Below are positions 12,011-25,519 of a stretch of 64,000 bases of DNA, piece by piece. The notes beneath the pieces were generated by a model that was not told where the DNA came from, did not search any database, and saw nothing but the letters and a program-made list of their open reading frames with translations. The position numbers and the translations under genes were made by a program. The stretch covers positions 53,522,831 through 53,586,830 of the forward strand of contig NC_068998.1 of assembly GCF_001194135.2 (NCBI RefSeq), in the 5' to 3' direction. The stretch's first letter is position 1; every line of letters starts with the position of its first letter. The stretch is from Octopus bimaculoides. Its lineage: Eukaryota.

Positions 12011-12784
12011 TCCCAGTATTTTGCAAAATCTAAACATGTTATTTTAACTCTTATGTATACATATACATAAGGCGGCAAAAGTTAAAATATTTTTTACTGA
12101 CTTTTTAAAAATAATAGTTTCTTATTTTCCGTAGGAGGGAACTTAAATTCCATGATGTAACCACATCAAAAAGATTTTAAAGTAATGGATTAAATTAATG
12201 AGTGATTCATAAATATCGTGTTACAAAATTGATTATATTGTTATCTATGATTATTTTATATTTACATCTGTTTTTGTGAAGAGTTGCAGAATTTGACACA
12301 TTGCAATCTAATAACCGTTGCAAGCTCTACTGCTGTTACAATTTCAACAACAACTTTACCATCTGGGGAAGGTTGGAGTAAGATGACATAAATATCGACA
12401 TTTTATTCCATTTAATCAATTCAGAACAGAAAAATGTAAATGAAAATAAAATCTCTCCATACATGTGGAGAGATAATTCAATATTTCCGATTAACCCTTC
12501 AAAAACGGTAGGTATTCGGGACGATGGAACAGTATACTATAATATACTTTGAAATAGAAGAATTTAAATGAATTTGTTTTTATCTTATTCCATTCCGGAT
12601 TCCATCTATTCCATTCCATATATCCAAATATTTATTAACTATTAAAGTATGTAAATATTATCTTTCTATGTAAATAGTATTTCAAATTATATAAACTTAT
12701 GTCATAACATATAATGGTGATGATTTACACAAGCGAAATCATATGATGCGTGTATACACCGACCTACGCATACACAAACAAACA

Positions 12785-12787
<3 letters not shown>

Positions 12788-12826
<39 letters not shown>

Positions 12827-13136
12827 NNNNNNNNNNNNNNNNNNNNNNNNNNNNNNNNNNNNNNNNNNNNNNNNNNNNNNNNNNNNNNNNNNNNNNNNNN
12901 NNNNNNNNNNNNNNNNNNNNNNNNNNNNNNNNNNNNNNNNNNNNNNNNNNNNNNNNNNNNNACAGTATATATATATATATATACAGTATATATATATATA
13001 TATACAGTATATATATATATATATATACATATATATATACAGATATATATATGCATACAGGAAAAGGGAGAACAAAAACCAACGCATGACGCGTATAGGT
13101 GTGTGTATATATATATATAATATATATACATATATA

Positions 13137-13171
<35 letters not shown>

Positions 13172-13205
13172 GAGAGAGAGAGATAGAGAGAAAGAGAGAG
13201 ATAGA
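12788..13205. repeat. (TA)n tract with three ACAG(TA)n units and a (GA)n tract, spanning a gap
   Basis: Directly visible. Confidence 0.9.
12827..12961. other. Assembly gap (135 N)
   Basis: N run. Confidence 1.
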
Positions 13206-13734
13206 GTGAGATGTATTTAGGTGTTTATATATATGTAAGCAAACACCCTTATGAATGTAAGGGTGCGTGCGGGTATATATTTCTTTAATTCTGCTAATAA
13301 TATGCGCGTGCCTTCGCACGTGTGTGAGTGTGTATATGCCTGTGTATGTAAAAAAAATATTACATTTACTTGAGGGACAATCAATAAACACAAGCAAAAA
13401 GATAAGTTCAAAGGGGAATATAGTAATAGTCTTCATATTTGTATATATTTAACTATCGTATTTATTTCCTCTGCTTATAAATTCCATATAAAAAGTTGCA
13501 TACAAAATTTTATCGGCATCGTGTTTTTGTGTTCGTCTATATGTACTTATGTCACACACACACACACAGACACACATGCATACTCTCATTTTTAATTTAA
13601 AAAAATTACACACATCATAATCACTGAAACAGTTTAAATATTGAAAATTGGGAACGGATGACTATGCAGGTGTATCCAAATTATTCCAACACTTTCTTTC
13701 TCTGTGCTAGGTATGCTGTAAATGGGAGACAAAT

Positions 13735-13908
13735 TGGAAATAAATAAAATGAGTTGTACCTGTAATTCAAAGGGCCAACCTCGTTACGCTTATATCCCTG
13801 AGACCTAGGTTAAAGGCACTTGTCTTTGGAGTGCTCACATAACGAGGTTTCTCCGCTGATCGGATCAACCGGGACCATCGTCTTCGTAACCAACGCAGTG
13901 CCGGTAAT
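13735..13908 (+). mobile_element. SINE family C, 3' half
   Basis: aaaatgagttgtacctgtaattcaaagggccaacc...ggagtgctca...gatcggatcaaccgggaccatcgtcttcgtaaccaacgcagtgcc matches my recollection of the 3' part of a common octopus SINE. Confidence 0.7.
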
Positions 13909-14499
13909 ATACATGGAAGAGCTCTCGGCTATAAGAGGGAATTAAGACAAGGCATATGCAAAAATAATGCCAACAAGAAAGAATGTCATCATTTTGAACT
14001 TGGGAACAAAAGTAGAAAAACACAAACCAGGCGCTATGGTAAATGTTACGGCAAGAAGCTTAAAACAGTTAAATTTATTGATTTTTAGCTTTGCATGGAT
14101 AATTGCAAGATCGGTATGTTGAGCTAATAGACATCATATTTCAGAGACGTAAAAACTAGTCATCCCTTAGAGGATGGTGCAGGGCACGCACCGGATCATC
14201 CACTTCGAATCACGGAGCTTGCTCTTGCAGATAGCCATCTCTGTCCTGATAGCAGTGGTGTACTCAGGGAGTCAAGAATGCTGGAATATCCGATTCTTTC
14301 CATGCGACTCCCGCACTATAATATTTAGCCCGAGATACCCTTAGTTCTTACTGTTTCCACAGCCTCAACAACTTCTATTTCGATTCTTCCAAATACAGCA
14401 AAGTCCCGAAACCTTGCTGTTACTTTCTCATAATCTTCTAAAGCCTCATTAATCTTCTAAAGTATTTCTTTATTATTTATTGTTTTCTTTTTCCTTCCT

Positions 14500-14930
14500 C
14501 AACCTCAAGGAACGTAAGATGTCTAAAATAGTTTTGCCTGTACATATGAGTTTACTTTCAAATTTCTTATACTTTGGATGTAATGTTCTCTTCACATTAC
14601 AGGACATTAAAATATTTTGATATTTGAATCTTTTTTTTCTCATCAATTTCAATGGAATTCAGAATATCATTACATCAAAGGCTGATCTATATTATTCGTC
14701 CATTTAATATCGTTTCTTACAAACGTAACATTTCCATACATTTCCCTATACTCAGTTTAATGTTAAACATTACATCCTTTTTATTTCTTAATTTAAGCGC
14801 GTCCTTTATAAAAATCTTATTTAACTTTCTTATATCTTCAGTTTCTTTGAAGGAATTGGCTAATTTTATTCAGTGGATATCCATTGTGGCAATTTGTGGC
14901 TTATGTATTAGGCAGCTATGGCCGCTTCTT
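14500..14930 (-). mobile_element. Decayed R4/Dong-like LINE RT remnant
   Basis: DVMFNIKLSIGKC...IEIDEKKRFKYQNIL...YKKF resembles the post-YxDD region (DI.M.FGL.KC...YKYLGI); contains stops. LINE-like sequence may continue to ~14150. Confidence 0.4.
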
Positions 14931-15083
14931 GTCTAGATAGACTTTCGTCTCTTCACTACAACATTTAATATAAAATGGTTTCTAAACAAGCACTCGGACA
15001 GTCGAACAACCAACCCAAAACGATACTCCTACGAAATTTATTGCTGATTTCCCGGCCCCGTAAAATTCTGTTGACTGTTCTTT

Positions 15084-15433
15084 GAGCCACTTCTTCACTA
15101 TCTCCACACTCACCAGATTTAGCGCCTTCAGACTATCATCTCTTCGGCCCCATGAAAGAGGGTTTGAGAGGCAAACATTATTCCAGTCACGAGGATGTGA
15201 AAATTGTAGTAAAGAAGTTGCTCAAAGAACAGTCAACAAAATGTTACGGGGTAGGGACACATGCTCTCATTCGAAGGTGGAACATTTCTATTGAGAGAAA
15301 CGGTGACTATGTTGAGAAGTAGGGATGTGATCCACAGAGGACCAGCTTCATTTTGACGTATGATACATGTTCCTGTCTTGGTAATTATACCTGTCCTAAA
15401 CAAAATGGCATTACTTTTTGACTCACCCTCGTA
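15084..15433 (+). mobile_element. Mariner transposase C-terminal remnant with right terminal repeat
   Basis: PHSPDLAPSDYHLFGPMKEGLRGKHYSSHEDVKIVVKKLLKEQ...RRWNISIERNGDYVEK* (stop 15320-15322) carries the YSPDLAPSD motif; ends TTACTTTTTGACTCACCCTCGTA followed by TA. Confidence 0.92.
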
Positions 15434-15914
15434 TATAAATTATATACAAGAAAAACATCATTTATGTATGCCTGTAAGCATTACTCAGGAATCAATGACA
15501 TAATAATCTTCCCTAATTCAATGTTCACTATTTGCGTATATATATTAATATAAATATAATTTCGTAATTGATGCCGGGTAAACTTGAATTTGCAATCTTC
15601 ACCCAATGCAAACACAAGAAGCACAACTCGTTAAAATTATTTTGTTGAGGAATGAATTCATGAATGGACGTTAATGAAAGTTGAAAAATATATGAATATT
15701 TCCTTTGAATCCAGTATAAAAGAAAGCAAATGTTTTAAAATGCTTCAGAATTTATCAAGTAATTACTCTGGTTAAGAATTCAAATTGTAATCTAATTATT
15801 AGCAAAATATCATTTAAGATATAATTCTGAAAATGTGAATTTCCAAACAAATAAGGGTTTCTCTTTGATATGCAAAACCAGTAAGTTTCAACTGGGTAGA
15901 ATTAGTCGGTCACA

Positions 15915-15990
15915 TCATACACAGTAAGTGACTGGTACATTACTTTATCGGCCTCGGAGGTATGGCAGACGAGGTAGTTCTCAGCCAAAC
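15915..15990 (-). mobile_element. SINE family A core fragment
   Basis: Reverse complement ccgaggccgataaagtaatgtaccagtc matches the core. Confidence 0.55.
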
Positions 15991-16439
15991 ACTAGTTGAC
16001 CGACGGCTGTCGTCCCCATGTGTTTAACTAAATAAATCTTTCACCAATATATTCTGATTCCCCGTTGTTTATTTTGTGTATAGATTTAGTAAAACTATAA
16101 AAGCTTCTTTAACACCGTACAGAAAAAAAATCCAGCAATACATGTTATATAAAGAGAATTAGATTTATGTTTTCAGGCCGATATATATACATTTTCAGCA
16201 ATATACATTTATACGCATACATGAATATATAAATGTACGCACACATACCTATTCACAAAGATACATGCATACATGCCCACAATAAATTCCTAGACGCACG
16301 TATGACTATTGTTACTGGCGTGTAAAAATACGTTGTTGTCAATTTCGATTATGGTCGGGCAGCAAGGCATAGCTTTGTTATCGAAGAATTTAAAAGTAAA
16401 TGATATAAATACATACAACCATACATAATATAGAAATAA

Positions 16440-17075
16440 AAGAAATAAAACCGCACAATATGGTAGGAGCCATAGCCGCTCATACTAAAAAGGAATACTG
16501 GTGGAATGTCCCAGTGAAGACCGCAATAAAATGTAAGCACAACAGACCTGATATAATGATTTGGGATAGAGAAGAGAAACTGTGCACAGTTGTGGAAATC
16601 AGCTGCCCAGCGGATGCTAAGATAAAGCTGAAGATCAGTGAGAAAGAGAACACCTACACTGAACTATTGAGAAATCTGCAGTTAATCTATCCAGATTACA
16701 AGTTCAGGTTTATACCTGTAAGTATTGGGACCCTTGGATATGTAACACACTGCCTAAATACCAATCTTGAGAAATTAGGCTTCTCAAAACCAGAAAGGAG
16801 AAAGCTAATTCGAAGACTACAGATCCAATCCATCACTGGAACAATAAAAATCTGTAAAACTTTCCAGAAGTTCATCATCTAAATATACATGAGCATGTCT
16901 GGATATGTAACTATATGCATGAAAATACATACATAAATCATAAAAATCTGTACATACATATATACAAACAAATATAACCTGTTGTTGATGTTGAAATTCC
17001 AATGAAGGAACCTTGGATCTAGGTTAGAAACCAGTTCTTTCTCTATTGGCAAGAAATCTTAAAATAAATCGAATA
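16440..17075 (+). mobile_element. 5'-truncated R4/Dong-clade non-LTR retrotransposon: restriction-like endonuclease domain plus 3' UTR
   Basis: Uninterrupted 140-aa ORF 16460..16882, EYWWNVPVKTAIKCKHNRPDIMIWDREEKLCTVVEISCPAD...EKENTY...RFIPVSIGTLG, with the NRPD...E RLE motif; ~190-bp 3' UTR ending in an A-rich tail before (CATA)n. Confidence 0.88.
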
Positions 17076-17927
17076 ATGACATACATACACACATACATAC
17101 ATGCACAAGATACATTTATACACGTTGACGTAAGCACTTATCCGTGCGTATGTTCCTAAATAAAGAACTTTCGAATTTACTTAATTTCCACAAATATTCA
17201 CTATGTTATCCGCAGGAAATCTATTCAGACTGCCGTACTAAACGTACATCGGAATCACATCTTTGAAGTTAAGGAATGTTAAGCTAAAACTTGCAATTCG
17301 GTGCATATACAGCAGACAGGATATTGTTCCATGCGAAAAGAATCCAAATTGATGCAATGTTTCAAAGTGCAGCTGCCCTTTGGATGTGAATATCGCATCT
17401 AATGATAAGGAAAAGGAGAATTTATGCTGAACTAATGTTGAATTGCTGTTCTTGTATTGTAGTTATAGATTCTCGTGTGTCTGTTATCGCAGGTGTATTG
17501 GACTATGTAACATCGGGCTGAATAGAAATGATGGAGTTTCTAAGAAAGAACAAAACGGTCTCGCATCATTTAAACTCAATCGATTTGTGGTTAAACGAAA
17601 AATGTTTAAACCATCTGGAAGATACTATATTTCAGTTTATCTGACTGAACATATACACTCAAAATGATAACGTATGTGGTTACGGCATAAATACATTCAA
17701 ATATACATGAATGTATTGCCACGCAATTCTATCAAATAGACCTGTACATCCATTACATGAGAACAGAGAACACAATAGCTTACACATCCACTTGTTGAGG
17801 CACATACATTCATAAATCACAGACACTGTTTCAACTCCGACACTGAGCGATTGTTACTCAGTTAATGTCAAATTTTAAATTTGCGACGAATTTCAGTGAA
17901 TATTTCAGTAAAAGTAACACACATATA

Positions 17928-18027
17928 NNNNNNNNNNNNNNNNNNNNNNNNNNNNNNNNNNNNNNNNNNNNNNNNNNNNNNNNNNNNNNNNNNNNNNNNN
18001 NNNNNNNNNNNNNNNNNNNNNNNNNNN
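17928..18027. other. Assembly gap (100 N)
   Basis: N run. Confidence 1.
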
Positions 18028-18365
18028 ATGTATATATATGCATATATATATACCGACGCAACTAAATCTTCGCTAATTTGATAATGTAGGCGTAATGATT
18101 TTTTTTTTCGGAAAAGTAATCAAAGTACACAGCAAGGGTTCGAAATCATCCTAACATAATTCCTCCCACTTAGACATGCTGTTAGATTAATCACGTACTG
18201 TAGACAATATAAAACTGTAACTACTGCACAAGAAACCACTGTACATACTTTTTAAATCTGGATCCCTTCAATGAATTCTTCATTCTCTGTTCAAGCACAT
18301 TCCAACCTCAATATCCTTTGGGTGTATGTTGTAATATTGTGGAATTGTTATTACATCATTTCAGA

Positions 18366-18545
18366 AGGTGGTGGGCTGATCGAATTGTTAGCTAGTCAGA
18401 CAGAATGATTTGTGCTATTTGTTCCAGCTCTTTAAGTTCTGAGTTTAAAACTAACCGACATCCACTTTGACGTCCCTCATTTTGAGGTCCCAAAAACGAA
18501 GAACTAGTCAAGTTGTGAGTTCGATGGATAAACTGTAGCCTAGTG
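18366..18545 (+). mobile_element. SINE family A, old diverged copy
   Basis: aggtggtgggctgatcgaattgttagc head; gttctgagtttaaaactaaccgacatccactttg. Confidence 0.6.
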
Positions 18546-19249
18546 TTAAAATGCGAAAGATTTATTTATTATATCATTTCTGGAAATTATATTTTGGCTC
18601 ATATCTAGTTTTCTCAGTTCAAGAGACGGACAGACAGACAGAGAGAAAGTGATTGTATCAGAGATAGAACACTAGTATGTGTTAGCTAAATTTACGATGA
18701 ACAGCAATATAGTAATATGAAAAATATTTGAGAGAAAACGCTAGGATATTGTTTAGTAAAAGAAGCCACACGATTGATATCACATTTCATTTAAATAACA
18801 CTAAATAATAGATAAAGTAATTCAACAAGTAACGTTTTAAGTCGCTTATTAACTGATAATACATGACTTGTACACAATGGCAACGCAATTGATATAATAG
18901 CATTAAACGTATGTGAAAAAATATACAAATCACGTTTTATTCAACATTAAAAGTAAAACAATATACTTGTAAAAAGATAAAAATAGTAAATCAATCAGAA
19001 ATCTGAATTTTTTTTTTCCTGTTAATTTCCTTTTTTACCGCGCCTTTTTCGTCTGTGATTTTAATCCTGTGTCATTTTTTTTTCCTTTGCTCTATTCAAA
19101 TTTTCACGTGGGTGGAATTTATCGACACAGTAGAAGCCAATAAACCATTGAAAAATTCTAGCGCTACAAGGTTTCAACGAAAAATTATAGCCATCTAGTA
19201 AACTTCCTATGCAGTTCTGTTGTTCATTAAATGTAAAATTTCCATCTGG

Positions 19250-20330
19250 TTAGAAAGTCAGTAATTTTGGAAATAGATGTTTCGCATAGCTCATTTGAAT
19301 ACGGTAAGGCTGCAAAGTCATTTGTGTGCGGTTCGAAACATCGAAGGAGTTCAAAGATAATGTTGAGGAAGAGGAACAAAAATCACGGGTGTGAATAGTT
19401 TCAAGAACGTATAGAAAGACACAAGTCTTTCTATACGAAACCTCAATGACTCCACCAATTTGCGAATTTATGATGTATATCGCTGAGACGAAGTTTGCTT
19501 TTATTGAAGCCAAGTGATAGAAGAGCTGATGCAGAAGAGCTGTTTTAATTCTAGAATAATACCATCTGCTGATGTGTTGTAATGATAGACAGCATCCACC
19601 ACATCCACTGTTTTAATGATGGCAAATATTTTAACGATTTTCTTGAGGACAAAAAATCTCACACACCAATTGTGATTCATAAGTAGAACAACACATAACA
19701 TAGGGTGATTATAATGGTAGACTGGTTCACACGAATCTCTTGTTTAACAACAAAGTATTCTCTGTACAAAAACGTTTTAATGACAGAAGTCATCCCATCG
19801 CTGCTCCGTTTTAATGAGGGAATACTTAGTGCTGGCTCTTTGTATGAATTTTATCATTGCCAACTTTGCATTTTATATAAAAACAATGAAACATTTATCT
19901 CTTCAAATTACTTGGTTGAAGCTTGGTGGAAAGCATGATCAAATACATAGACTATATTGTCTCTGATTTTACAACCATTAACTTAACATTACTAGCATCT
20001 GTCTTTCATATCACCCAGTGAAGTGTATATTTTGAGAAATAAGTTTACGTTTCTTTCATCTGTTTCAACTATAATCGCTTAGGCCACAGATCATATAACA
20101 GAGACATAACTATACAAATATTGCTGTGAGCATACCTGATGTGTGAATGAAACAGTTATCTACACGACAGGCAAGTTAAATGACTGTTTGAACAACCAAA
20201 TTATGGTATTCTTGTCGATAATCCCAGCATCTCTCTCTTTAAATACTTGGGTGTTACCACAAAACTTCACGTTCATCAACGATTACAATATTTTCATAAA
20301 ATGGAATTTACTCCTTCGTAATTCCTAATA
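19250..20330 (+). mobile_element. Possible highly decayed Penelope-like element
   Basis: Coding-like composition with many stops; LYKYCCEHT*CVNETVIYTTGKLNDCLNNQ from 20110 resembles GIY-YIG (VYKF.C...C...YIG.T.RKL.ER..EH). Confidence 0.3.
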
Positions 20331-20819
20331 TGTTGATCTCAAATATTTATATCGAAATTATAGTTTCTATAGTTCTTCATTGTAACTATTTTCTTATATT
20401 TATTTTCATGTGATTTTCCAGAAGCAGATATTTTTCTGGGATGGAATCAAATCTCTATGTTTTCTATTAATGAAATTATTTGACTCCAGTTTAATAAACC
20501 ATTAACTCAAGGCAAATAATGTATTATACTTTTATAAAGAGTCATTATTAAATAAGACATTTGATTCAATTTGCTATGCTGGAACGTCAACAATATGTTT
20601 AATATTCAACATATTTGAGGACCTGCAGTTAGCTGTTACTGTCTGATAATTTCGCAAACAGTTATATATGCATAATCGAAAATAAAATAGTGTAAAACGA
20701 AACAAAATTATTTTGTCTTCGTAAAAGACTTTTTCTCAATACTTTGAGTAAAGTTTGAAATAGAGTTTCAAATAAATGGAAGAGTCTATTTAATCTTATG
20801 GGAATGATAATCACTTATA

Positions 20820-21130
20820 TACTTTGTCCTCTATACAGTTATAAATGGTAAAGAAGGCTGGGAGGATGGACTTATAACCAAAAAAAAAAAAGGAAATATG
20901 ATGCAACTAATTAAAAGACCACGCTGGGAATATAGAAGACACATAAATCAGCTAAGGAAGAGACATTCCGAAGAACGTAGAGAAATTCCTATGGAAGTAT
21001 TTTTTTTTTATGTAGTCGATGACCCACCACCGAAAGTAATGGAGTCCCGTCGAAACAGCATGAGAATATGGAAGCAGTTTCAAACCAAGAACAATTGGTG
21101 GAAGTAACGGAAGAATGACGACAGAACAGA
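20820..21130 (+). mobile_element. Gypsy/Ty3 integrase C-terminal remnant
   Basis: GKEGWEDGLITKK / GNMMQLIKRPRWEYRRHINQLRKRH...DDPPPKVMESRRNSMR (cf. W..G.I....G...Y.V....WKRH.NQLR.R...RRS.R); frameshift in an A run. Confidence 0.55.
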
Positions 21131-23469
21131 TTGTTCATAATTCAACACATCCATTGAAGACAAAATAGAAAAAATAGCTAATTAGGGAAATATTCATAAT
21201 TCCTACCTCATGTTATGAATCCCGATCTCACTTAGATTCGTATATTGCGTTTAGACATATAACCATAGTCTACATTTCCTCAATTCACCAAACAGAATTG
21301 GAGTAGATACCGGGTTATCTCAGAGTAATCTACCTGACAACTTCTCTGTATTTCTGTCAGGTGTATGTAGATATATCATTCACCTCGGGCAATACATGAC
21401 ATAACGAAATAGCTTCCAGAATTTACCATATATCAAGATTACATTGAGATTTCGAGCGACATGAGATTTCAAGTCACCCTGTGTTTTTTTTTAATTCGAT
21501 ATTTAAATATAAACAATTTCTTAACTTAAAGAAATAGTGATTATGGAATACCACTTTGAATAATTCAAAAAGTTCAGCAAACAATGGGGAACTTTCTGAA
21601 GACTTGTATTGTTCTTTAAAATAATTGATGTGTTCTGGGGAGACATAAAAATTTAAAATTTAATATAAACTTAGTAGTTAAAAGGAAGCCAAACAACATT
21701 TTATTCACTTTTCTCATTGAAGAAAACACATGAGATATTATAGAGATATTATTTTGAAGGAAATAGAAAAATTACATAGAAACAAAATTAAAACATCTCT
21801 CAAGATATTTTTTGATGCTTAAAAATATATCTTTAAACTTTCTTCTTTTTACTTAAATAATTTTAATACGAAACAAATACATGAATTTCATAGAATAGGA
21901 AATGTATTTTCCTTTTCAAGTTATCTTCTAATACGGCATTGTATGTTTGTCTATAGTTATTATTTTTTTTCTGTCATTGTTGCGCTTGTTTCTGCTGTTA
22001 TTGTCATTGTTTTCACAAAATAGAGTGGCGCGGTGAGGAATGGTAGAATTCCAGAATCAATTAAATGCCATTCTAAATTATATACAGCGTTCTACGATCT
22101 GTTTTCGAATTCTGTTGATATAACTATTGCCTACATTGCCTCTACATCAGAAAAGAAAGTAACCATTCTATAATGAGGTTCATTATATTGCTTAGAATTG
22201 ATACCTCGTCTACATCCGTTATTTCTTCATAATTATGCATTTCCAACTGGCGTACGCATTTAAGTGCAGACATTTTTTTCTCCACATTATGATTGTTACA
22301 AAAGCAGAGAAACGGGGCAAATAAGCGCATTTTGCTTGTGTAAAATCTCGTGTTACAGGTTTTCAAGAGGTGGAGAAAAACTGACTATTTTTATGCAGTG
22401 TTATACATTTGTCAGAAAAGGTAATTCATATAACTATAGTTAGCTTAGATTTAGTAAATCTGAAGCGAAGCTGTTAAAAAAAAAAGACTTATCTTACGCA
22501 TTCATTTGTACAGTACTTGAATTAACTCACTTGTGTTAGATCTTTTCTTGAAGAACAAAACCAATAAATAAAATAAACACACGGATCGTCGTTCAAACGG
22601 AATTGTTGGTATAACATAATTGAAATTGGAGCAAATGAACTTTGCTATAAGGACAGCGTATATATGTTGACGATAATGAAATCTTTAAGCTGCAGTATGT
22701 TATTAATATGTACTTGCTTCCTTTTTTAATAGAGATATGTAAATCCTCATGAAAGTAAATACAACTTCCAAGCACAATTCAGACGTATATTTTCGGTGTG
22801 GCTGGGTTAGCACATGCGCAGAAAAGCACACAGGCATACACAAAAATGTATAGAAGATATTTATCATTAAAAAAATTGGCAACATAAAAGATAGTTGAAA
22901 CTTAATGCTCAAGCTCAGAATATCTGATATCGCGTATGAAAGGTAAATTTATCTTCAATGAAATTCTCGCAGAAAAATATTTTCAAGTAATATTTATGAA
23001 ATATCGATTTCGGGAGCTTATCTCATTGGTATATATTTCTTTTCTTTTTTTCGTAGAGCAGGCATTCTACATTAAACCTGACAACTGACATTGTGCATAA
23101 ATCCCCAGCTTAAACTAGTTTCTCGTCTTTAATGCTTGAAAGGATGGTGCTAGTATTTACCGAACACAAGCTATAATACCTTTAATGTATAGATTTCTTG
23201 AGGATTCTCATCACACAGTTGTCATAAAGCTGTTGCGTTATATCACTTACATGAACATAGTTGTGATTCACACCTTAGCGCAATATCCTTCATCAAAATT
23301 TCATTATAGCTTATGAATAATATATACTTTAGTTACAAGTATGGGCAATATTATAAGGGATTCTATGTGGTGGAGTAAAATATTTTCCTAAATATTACGT
23401 TACCGTCTAATTGGTATTAACACTACCGGTTTATTGTTCTTCTTACTTTTTTTTTTTTTTTTACTTATG

Positions 23470-23688
23470 AAGGCGGTGAGCTGGAAAAACTGTTAGCACT
23501 CCGGGCTAAATGCTTAGCGGTATTTCGTCTGTATTTTCATTCTGAGTTCAAATTCCGCCAATGTCGACTTTGCTTTTCATGATTTCGAAGTCGATAAATT
23601 AAGTACCAGTTGCGCACTGGGGTCGATCTAATCAACTGGCCCCCTCCAGCAAAATTTCGCGCCTTGTGCCTAGATTAGGAAAAGTTAT
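23470..23688 (+). mobile_element. SINE family A, near full length
   Basis: aggcggtgagctgg...ttctgagttcaaattccgcc...gtcgataaattaagtaccagttgcgcactggggtcgatctaatc...gccttgtgcctagattagg. A short second head fragment follows at ~23699-23770. Confidence 0.92.
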
Positions 23689-23759
23689 TTTTTTAATTAA
23701 GGTGTGCAGCTGGCAGCCATTAGCGGCATTTCTTCCACTTTTTACGCTCTAAGTTCAAA

Positions 23760-24300
23760 TGCTGGATTCATTTATGTTCGTGTCAGAATTGTGAGGGGAC
23801 CATTTCATGAGTTCGATTTGTCTTTTGGAAATTATTTTTTATTACATTTTCTGGGTGCTTGGGGTCAATATTTTGCTGAAATGTCAACTGATTCTTTATG
23901 AGTTGCATCCCAGAGAGGATAGGAGGATGAATTAGAATCTGCCTATAGTTTTCAGCATTCCTATTGGCCTCATATCGAATCAAATCGCAAACTCCATTGG
24001 CTGATGAGCAATCCCAAACATGTATGGAACCTTCACCATGATTAAGTTTTGGTTGTAAGTAGGTTTCCTTCAAATGTTCTCCATTCCTGCAATCTAGAAC
24101 TTTAAAGTGCTGGAAAGGAAGGACTGAGAACGTTGTTTCTACAGAGAACTGCACATGATACCGCTGTCGGAAAGAAAGGATCGAACTCTTGAATGTCTTA
24201 TAGTACGATATCTTGCTGCTCAGAAATGTCACCTCCTCAGGACGGGAACTACCATATATCACACTGTACATGGTATGAGAGCGTTTGTGAGGGGCGCCGG
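23760..24300 (-). mobile_element. Tc1-family (DD34E-type) transposase remnant
   Basis: ORF 23783..24271: FSVETTF (cf. FSDESKF), PKLNHGEGSIHVWDCSSANGV (cf. PTVKHGGGSVMVWGCFS..GV), NYRQILI, FQQNIDPKH (cf. FQQDNDPKH); catalytic residues mutated. Confidence 0.9.
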
Positions 24301-24383
24301 TATTTTCTGATCATCAAATAGAATACCAATCTTTCTGAATTAGTATGTCCTGTACTGAAAGTGTTAGATAACCATACAAGTAT

Positions 24384-24406
24384 ATTATCATTATTATTAT
24401 TATTAC

Positions 24407-24455
<49 letters not shown>
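24384..24455. repeat. (ATT)n trinucleotide microsatellite
   Basis: Directly visible; source of the poly-N and poly-L ORFs. Confidence 0.97.
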
Positions 24456-24458
<3 letters not shown>

Positions 24459-25166
24459 ATTATTAATGGAGTTGTCCAACACTCATACGAAGAATATGCA
24501 ATATATAAAATTATCCGACGCTTATAATCATTTCAAATGCAATATAGGATTTCGTATTCGCTTTATTTCCAGCCGCGGTTAATTATGTGAATAATGAATG
24601 TCACTAATAAGCTGAATTAATTAATGATTGATGTTGCCAAGACTTTAGGAAGCTAACGGATCCCACTATTACAGACATTTCACATCTTTTACACAGTCAT
24701 AATCCATTGACGGAATCTATTTCAATTGTCAGTGAAGATAAAGTATTTCTCTCTCCAAAATCCTCCTAAACTGTATACTGACGCTCATAATCTAAAACAT
24801 TGACATCGCATACGAAATCCTCTGTCACATTTGAGCTTATTATAACCTGAAGATCCTTTTATCTTATTATCTTTTCAGCTAACAGGTATTATGTTCATAA
24901 CTTATGCATAAAACCAGAAAATCGACGCAATGTTGATGTCCGAGTTAATCAAAATATTACCAATCAAAGTTCTGCACGTAACACACGATCCTTGTATTTA
25001 ACGCAGCACAGAACCACATTGATAATCTGCTAAATTGGAAACTATAGCATTACATATCTCAAACGCACACATATACACAATTTCCCATTATGTACACATA
25101 CGCAATATAGGCTTACACACATATAGATACACATAAATATATTATCTGTTATATTCACTCACACAG

Positions 25167-25266
25167 NNNNNNNNNNNNNNNNNNNNNNNNNNNNNNNNNN
25201 NNNNNNNNNNNNNNNNNNNNNNNNNNNNNNNNNNNNNNNNNNNNNNNNNNNNNNNNNNNNNNNNNN
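25167..25266. other. Assembly gap (100 N)
   Basis: N run. Confidence 1.
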
Positions 25267-25519
25267 ATATATATATATATATATATATAATCAAAATAAG
25301 CAACAAGATATCACGCACTGAGACAGTACGACTTATATGTCTCGATTCTTTCAGGAAGTATTTGATGTATTAGAAAGCAGTCAAGAATGTTGCAATGAAC
25401 AATAATTAATGCTGTAGTTGAGATAACTTTATGGATATTGGTAAAGAGTTACCTGTATCATGATAATTGGCGCCAAAATTCAAAATTCCGGCATCATAAC
25501 TGCTGCTCAATGTTCTGTA

